DNA of 63,929 bases, the filler included, from Sluysia triapertura (lineage: Eukaryota), in NCBI GenBank assembly GCA_046118255.1. It is 5 parts of 5 records of this genome, joined end to end, with 100 filler letters (N's around TTAATTAATTAA, not from the genome) between each part and the next. Parts side by side here need not be neighbours in the genome. Positions count along the whole stretch, not along the records: positions 52,562 to 63,929 come from JBJNIA010185490.1; 4 more parts are not named here. One strand, written 5' to 3'. Position 1 is the first letter of the stretch. Each line of letters begins with the position of its first letter. Below are positions 56,060 to 63,929 of this stretch, piece after piece. The notes under the pieces are model-generated. The model worked only from the letters and a program-made list of their open reading frames with translations. It made no database searches and had not been told where the DNA came from. A program made the translations under genes and the position numbers.

Positions 56060-59000
56060 ATCGCAATTGTAGTGATTGTTCCTGTATTTTTCACAACAAA
56101 TTTCGAGTACATTCTTACATATTCACTATAACTACATTGCAAGAGTTCGTGGAGCTGTGGAGAAGGAAAAAGAGGACATTTTATAACTTTTAAAATACTA
56201 ATTTGTTAAGTGTATTTCTAAAATAAGATGTGTTGCTTCTCGATTATTTTTGTTAACTTTAGTCATTATTCCGCGTTACTTTTGTTGCACGCCCGTTGAA
56301 GATAAATATGTTGGGTTTAGTTAAAGTTAAGAAGGAACATAAAAGTTATAACTCATGATATAAAAATGAAATAAACATCATTGAGGATTTATGATGAATT
56401 TCGATAACAAAATAATTTTATAAAGTATTTGAATCAAAATGCAAAAAATGAAAGATACGAAGAAATAACCCTTTATAAGGTTTTATTTGTTAATTAATTT
56501 AATTAAAATTTGTCCAATTTTTATCAAATTGGAAATGGAAAATGTTTGCTCATGATAAAATAATTAGTGCATAATGATTAGAATTTTATTAGTATTTTTA
56601 ATGATGAAGTGTTACGAAGCACGTCGACTCAGATAACGTAAAAATTAGTTATTTTAATTAGTTTTTATAATTGGTTATATATGTTCTTATTTTTAAATTG
56701 ATGTTCAAGAAGATACCAATTCAAATATGTTATTGAACTTGACGTGCGACATAAAACATAATACAAAAAATTTCTATCTTTTGGTAATTGAAAAAGATGA
56801 AAATATTGGACACAGGCGGAAATTACTGTTGGAATTTAATTACTGAAAGTGTTCAGTTTATGATCGACTAAAAAGAATAAATGATTTAATAAGTAATTAT
56901 TTCCGTCTTGTGCAATTTCCAATCTCCTAAACAATTTCCCAACTGCTATATAATCAGTCAGATTTCTGCAGACAAAGCTGAACAGAAATGCGGAAAAATT
57001 AATATTTAGAAGATTTATTAAGCTTATTAAGACTTATTAAGCAACTGACTAAAATAAAAAATAAGAGATTTTCTTAAGGCCAGTAACCTACGTTTTTATT
57101 ATTTTATTATTATTAATATTGCCTTGTGTCACTCATGGTAGCAATTTTTATAGATTTAGGATTTTATAGTCAGTAATGTATAACTTTAAATTTGTATATT
57201 GATATTTTATATTGAAGGCATATTATTGTTAAAGAATAGTTGAATTTCTATATATATTAAATGTGTATTATTTTAATATTTTAAAAGAATAATTGTTAAT
57301 TCATTGTTATATTGAAAAATATATTGATACTCCAAATTTGTTTAATTATTGAGTTATTGTAAAATAAAAATAATAAAGATACAACAAATATATCAATAAT
57401 ACTATCATCTATATAATAGTAAAAATTGATAACTAAATTTAATACAAAAAGCAATTAAAATTATAAAATTCCTTAAAAAAAATTAAGTCAATTTTCATTG
57501 GCTGGTGACTAGTATGTATACTAGCACCAGTCTAATTTCAATTCACAATTTAAAAACAGTTTTTATTGACGCCACATTGTGCTTTATTCAATCATCAATT
57601 TAATTCAGCGCTATTCAATTTTAATTCTTAGCTAGTAAATAATTTAGTAACCTCCAGCCTGAATTTAATTTATCAATTAGTGTTCGGTTTATTAAGTTAT
57701 ATTTTATAAGACAGTTTCGATCCTAGAGATCGAAATATTAAACTCTTACTTAAACTCTTATTTATTTTATTCTCACATCCCGATTTAATGAAGGGAAAAA
57801 TCTATAATTAAAATTACAACAATAAAAATTAAAAATCTGAAAAGATATCAATTATTATCATTGCTTTTGTCTTTCTACATTATTGTCGACTTTCTACAAT
57901 ATTTAGTAGAATTTCGGAATTTGTTTTTATTATTAATCGTACTTAAAGTATTAATCGTATTATTGAAGTATTTAAAGTATTTGATAAACCTCAATAAACT
58001 CTAAATTATAATCGAAGTAGTTTAAAGTCAAGTTTATAAGTATAAGGATCGAAGTAGATTTGAATAAAGTTGTGGATTGAATTATTTGAAATTACAGATT
58101 AAGCTTTTAAATTTAAGACTAGAACAAGAATAATTATGCTGAAACACATTAAGTCAAGTTTTTTCATATTAAACTTTACGTTAAGATTGTCAAATTATAG
58201 TTGCAGGAAAGCAACTACGTCATAAGTCGTTTAATGTAACCTGACCTTATTAAATTTTATTTTGTAGTAGGTTAAGTGATAAGAAAACCACAGCATAGGT
58301 TTATAATGTTGTCCACTTTTTATTGATTTTATTCAATTACTCTTATTTATAAGAATTGATTTTTAAAAAAATTATCGCAAAAATGCTTCACAGTTATCAC
58401 AACAACCAGACTAAAGTTTTAAAATCTAAATGCTCTTATTTTATTTAACATATAAAAAAGCAATAAACTCGCATCATTTAAGGATTGTTTTATTATAATT
58501 GTTTAACATTATCTTGAATATTGGTAATAAAAATAAGAAATTAATTTTTTATTCATACAATTCTTTCCTCATAAACTATATATTTAAAGATCGATTAAAA
58601 TTTCGATTAAAAAAATTGAAATAACTTTAGGAAAACAATGGATTTTATAATTATACATCAAATTCTGCTATCAGATGATGTACAACTTTTCACGGCAAAA
58701 ATGTATTAATATGAAACTGTAAGATCATAATCTATTACATAACTCTACATACAAATGAACTTATAAAGCTTACTCGAATAATATTATAATCATAATATTC
58801 AAAATTATAATTAAATTCAAACTAAAAATAAAATAAATTAATAATTGAATAAATTAATTCAAATTTTAAAATCTATTTTTGTTTTAATTCCATTATTAAA
58901 AAATAATCTTATGAAATTTACAAAATCTTACTATTTTAAATTTATTTATTTTTATTAAAGAATAATAAATGATCTACGTGACCTTTACATATTAAAGTAT

Positions 59001-60529
59001 CCGTTTTCACTTTATCAATTCTTTGTAAGAAATATTCTAATATAATTATGAAAAGCAGAAGCACAAATTCTCCGTACAGGCTGCACTAAACTATGATATA
59101 ATACTGATAATGTTAAAAAGTACTGATATGAAATATTTAAGTTGAGACGTTCAAATAGTGTTATTAAAGTGTATTATAATTAAACTAGGTATAAATCCGG
59201 TTCAAATATTTCCTTTAAATTACATTATAAATGAATTTCAAGATGTTTAATTATTCATTCTTTCAATTTATTTTTGACTCTGATTATTAATAAACAGTTG
59301 AATCCAATATTATTTGTTTAGTTGATTTATTAAAACATCAAAATATTTACTTAGAATATTAATTATTTACAATTTTTTGAAAAATAAATAACCAGTACTG
59401 CACTTCCTGAATATCTTGATTCTTAATATGTATATAGTTTATATCTAAGTGTCAACTGATCGAATGCTCCTTATTATATTACGGTATATGACATTTTCAA
59501 ATTACATTTAACCTTCTGTCAACCAAGAAACTAAGAATGCATTGCAATTTAATTTAAACAAATTGCTGGATTTTTCTATGAAAAGAAGTTAACTTATCCT
59601 AGCAAAAATTTCTAGAAGTCAGTTCGCCTAATAAGCATGACTTAAAAGATGGTGCCCTCTTAGGATTTCACGTGTTTGTTTAACTGAAAACGGTTAATAA
59701 CGTTTTGTAATGTATCTACTTAATTTAATTAATTAAGAAATTAATCTAGCCTTCTTGCAGTCCAGCAGAGAGTAAAAAAATTTAGATTGTTAAGTAAGCC
59801 TTTTTATGGTTTAGAAATTAAATGTATTATCTAAAACTAAAAGTAAAAGTCTGTACACAAAATCTAAGAATAAGTAATTCATGAAAAGAAAACCAATTAT
59901 AGTAATAATGAATTTAAATTAGGAATAACATACCCTTATTAGGTGTAGGATAAAAATATCAATGATTTTGAGGAATGGTTTAGAGTCCTATTTAAAGTTA
60001 GGAATATTATAAACCTATTAAAATAATCTTGCTTCTTCATGGAATCAGCAATGTTGTCGAAATTAGCGTATAAAATAAATCCAAAAATTTATTCGATGTA
60101 TAGTAATATTTATTATATATTTATTAAATTTTATTTTATTTTAAATTTACAACTCTTTTTAATTAAAAAGTTTTATACAATTTTTAATTTCAAAAATAAT
60201 TCTGTCATATTTACAATAATTTCTTTAATTTTAAAAACAAAGCGTTAGATTTTAGGTAATTTTCAGTATATTATAAATATGAATTTTTTTAAAAAAATAT
60301 TAAAAATATTCAATCCAATAAAATATTACAAAAATCATCAATCAAAGAAATATCCAAATAAAAAAATTTCAATCAAATAAATATCAAACACAACCACATA
60401 AATAAACATATTTGTCTAACATACAAAAAGTCAGAAAGTCAAAATAATTTTCATGCAACGTAATACTAGAAAATAACTAGTAAAATTTACATTTGGATCT
60501 CTTGAACCCAACTACAACATTTCGAGTGA

Positions 60530-60640
60530 TGTAGTTTTCTTAAATCCTAACCTACGTCAAAATAAAATTGAGCAAGGTCCGGTTAGAGTAAGCGTCTTAT
60601 GTCGTAAAGAGGGCGTTTCTGTAACTATGATTAAGTGTAA
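60530..60640. repeat. Dispersed LTR-like repeat family A copy
   Basis: Matches the reverse complement of 35100-35220. Confidence 0.75.
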
Positions 60641-61281
60641 ATCTTACTTCAATGAATTCTACTTTATCAATTGTTTTATCTTATTGTAAAATGGATGGTC
60701 TTATCAATCAATCTGGTTTAGATTTTTAATGATTATTTACTCCAAAAAATTACAACTTTTATGTGATTTATAAACTTTTCTGTTACGAACGTTAGATTAA
60801 AATAAAATAAATAAAAATATTTATTACAAGACATAAATTAGAGTAAATAAAACACAAATATAACAGTCACTATTTTAAAATTAAAATCCCACAGAATCTT
60901 TAATTGCAATACAAATAATTTGTGTTGTAAATTATTTCTCTCATTACATCGGGGTAAAAAGATTTTAAGTCTAGTTTAGAAAAATAAAAACCCTATAAAA
61001 AATAACTTACGGATGACATGGGAATTTGGAATAAAGATTGGTTAATCAGCGCCTTGTCTACGATCCAAATTGTGAAACTGCTAAATTAAATACTAATACA
61101 GCTTGAAAACTTTTCCAAAAACAATTCTTTTAAAATGGTGTTTTTTAATTGTTTTTAAGATAGCGTCTAAAAATTGTATTTCTTTATAATTAATTGCGGC
61201 TATTTATATAAACCAACAGCCAATCATAGAACATTCTAGAAACTTCTTTTCTATTTTTAGCAAGTGTTAGACTTCGTAAAA

Positions 61282-61354
61282 TGGACTGGCCGGGGATCGA
61301 ACCCGGGACCATCGTCTGCGCAGTCGATATGCTCTACCACTGAGCTATCAGCCC
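61282..61354 (-). tRNA. tRNA-Ala-like gene or pseudogene with an atypical anticodon arm
   Basis: GGGCTGA TA GCTC AGTGGTA GAGC ... CCGGG TTCGATC CCCGG CCAGTCC A, then TTTT. Intact A and B boxes, G3:U70 and A73. The anticodon arm folds best as ATCGA-CTGCGCAG-ACGAT. Confidence 0.8.
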
Positions 61355-63929
61355 CGTACAACAATTTCATTTTTAATTTTTTAGGCCTTTTACCCCAAAC
61401 ACAATGAATCTTCTTTTTTCCGAAAGTAAGTTAAATTAATATTCTAAGTTCCCTTTACCATTCAACCTAACATGTGAAATTTGTACAATAGGCTGCACTT
61501 GCTTGATACGAATATCATGAATCATAATAAACAAGCTATTTCATGAAGCATGGTCGATGTTTCTTCAGGTCGAACTAAGAACAAACCTGCAACTTTACTA
61601 AACGTATACTTCACATATTTAAATGTTAAAATTAAATCGTATACTTTTGAAATAGTAAATTCAAATTTTAAATAACGTCAGAATGTACAAAATATTTAAT
61701 CATTCAAACAAATCATAGTGACCAAGAAAACATATTACATTGAATTTAAATTATAGCTATTAAAAGTTAAATTAATTATAATATTATTATTATTTAATTA
61801 TTTAATTTTATCAGAAAATAATTGTAAATTTTTTACACGTTATTCCACAAGCAATGGAGGTAAATTAATAATTAATTAATTATTAATTATCACAATAATT
61901 AATTATTAAGTTTACATTATAATTACTCTTATCAGAATGCAGAATGGCTAAAGTTAAATGATTTTCTAAACAGAAGAATAATGTTAACATTTGAAATGCA
62001 GAAATATATTCCATTTAAATATCCACGTGGGACTTTTGATAATATAAAATTTGTGTGACATCATCTCAAAACAAAATACAAATAATATCATTCATAAGAA
62101 ATATTTTCTGGTAGTTGTGAGTGTATGGAGTACTCCACCAGAATAGAGTTAGTGGACCTAGAGAAATATGAATCGCAGGAAAATTTTAGACATTTAGAAA
62201 ATCCTGCTGAAAACCTAAATTAAACAATAGACTTTATATTCATGATCGAATCGTTGTTGACACGAATTAGAATTAACACTCTTTAATGACTTGACTCGAG
62301 AATTTTGAATTTGAATATTACTTTAAGATTATGATCGTAATGCTACTTAATAGAATTACTGTTATGGATATATTTATTAATTTTTATTATAAGTCTTTTA
62401 TATTTTAACAGATAGGCAAAAGAATGAGGAATTTATTTCAACTCTTATTTGATATTCGAACAATTTCTATCATGGTAATTAACTGGACGGCACAATTTTA
62501 ATTTTGCATTAATAATGGAAGTATCTTATTGTATATAAAAATAAAGGTAAAAAGACAATTAGTATATAAGACTTACCAAAAGGTTTAAAAACTAAATAAT
62601 AAACTTTGTTGATGTTTTGTAATGTTACACAATTAGAAGTCGAATCAATATTGGTACCATGTTTCATATATATATATCAGGATCGAATTGATAGTTATAC
62701 GATGAGTTTCGATATCTTACTAGAATAGAACAAAATTATCTTCAACTAGAATGTATAGATCTGTCAGTATATTTTCATGTGTAATACTAAATGGAACTGT
62801 AGCGTGTTTATCTTGAGTACATTCATTTAAACGTTGAAACTTCAATAACAATTTTTTTTATTTTAATTAATTGATTAGAATTTTTAGAAAAATTGGTTTG
62901 AGTACGAATAGATACATTTTGTTTCCTTTAACACTAACACTGACTTTATTCAAAATTAATATTAGCTAGTCTACTTCTGAGATGGTTCGTCGTTGCATCA
63001 AAACTATATTCTTCAAGGTCTTGCGATACTGAAGGTGTTTCTTTGACTATATGTTCTGTATCATTTAAGATCGATATGTATGTCGATATTGTATTCTGAC
63101 GCATTAGCATAAATGTTAATTTTGTGATATAAAATTTTATAAAACAATTGTGCTTCTTTGATAAATGCTTTAAATCACTCTACGTTAATAATTGTTGATA
63201 ATTTTATTTATTATGTGGTAATATAAAGAATTTGTTTTAAACTTTTTAATTGTGGTAAAAAGACAGATTTAAGTAATTTCAATTTAAGAGGCGTAATTGT
63301 ATAATAATATGAGTAATATTAAAAATTTTTAATTACAATTTTTTCAATGAAACTTGAATTGGAAACTTTTGTAAACAATCCAAATTTTATTGGTTTAATA
63401 GCAAAATCACCATACTAGTGAGTATAATAATGAAATGTCATAAATTGCATCAATGATGATGACAGATTTAATTAATAATATCTGTAGTAACTACTTACAT
63501 TATTTTTTTAAATTTATTATTATTATTATTATTTCTTAATAATTTTATTAAGAGGATCAAGTAACATCTTGTATTAATTAAAATTACAACAAAGTTTTCC
63601 AACAAAAAATTAATTAATTAAAGTAAAATAGTTTGAAAATCATTTTTACTCAATAATTTTGTGTATGATGTTTACATACGCGAAAGAAGCATATATAATA
63701 GAATATATTAATATTGCAAACATCGAGTAATATGAAACACGTCGACGTAGATAACGTTAAAAATAATTAATTTTCTTTATAAAGTTAAATTTCTATTCGT
63801 TATAATGGGCACTTGTAATAAAAGTATATATCAAATTAATGCTCATTAATAAATCATGTTACTGAAATTGACGTGATGTACTATTACCATGTTGAGTATA
63901 TTCTATCAGAATTTATTATTGGAGACAAG

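Noticed and set aside
1-63929. Alternative genetic code (stop reassignment), suggested by in-frame stops in several frames
   Set aside because: The intact genes have open spliced frames, use CAA/CAG/TGG normally, and end in TAG (helicase), TGA (coiled-coil) and TAA (UBR4).

Overview
This is very AT-rich eukaryotic genomic DNA with short GT-AG introns and the standard genetic code. It is metazoan; the protein styles suggest a flatworm, which is inference. The window is not contiguous. Four artificial 100-bp spacers (44 N + TTAATTAATTAA + 44 N) split it into five scaffold pieces: 1-13246, 13347-28490, 28591-39632, 39733-52461 and 52562-63929. Supported host genes are DDX43-like DEAD-box helicase exons (a C-terminal exon lies upstream of an N-terminal exon, so probably two tandem copies), a 9-exon coiled-coil gene, the 3' end of UBR4, and a Ser/Pro-rich exon pair. 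The rest is mostly decayed mobile DNA: a Tc3-like element, an inverted pair of Tc1 derivatives, a mellifera-type mariner with a nested TG..CA insert, a hAT MITE, and several LTR-like repeat families with PBS-like motifs. There is also a SCYL2-like intronless pseudogene, a Ly6-like relic, several orphan decayed ORFs, and an atypical tRNA-Ala-like gene. I see no well-supported new biological system. The best leads are the odd tRNA, the helicase arrangement, the 1-kb frame-preserved orphan ORF and the composite-like Tc1 structure. All family calls come from recalled motifs, with no database search.
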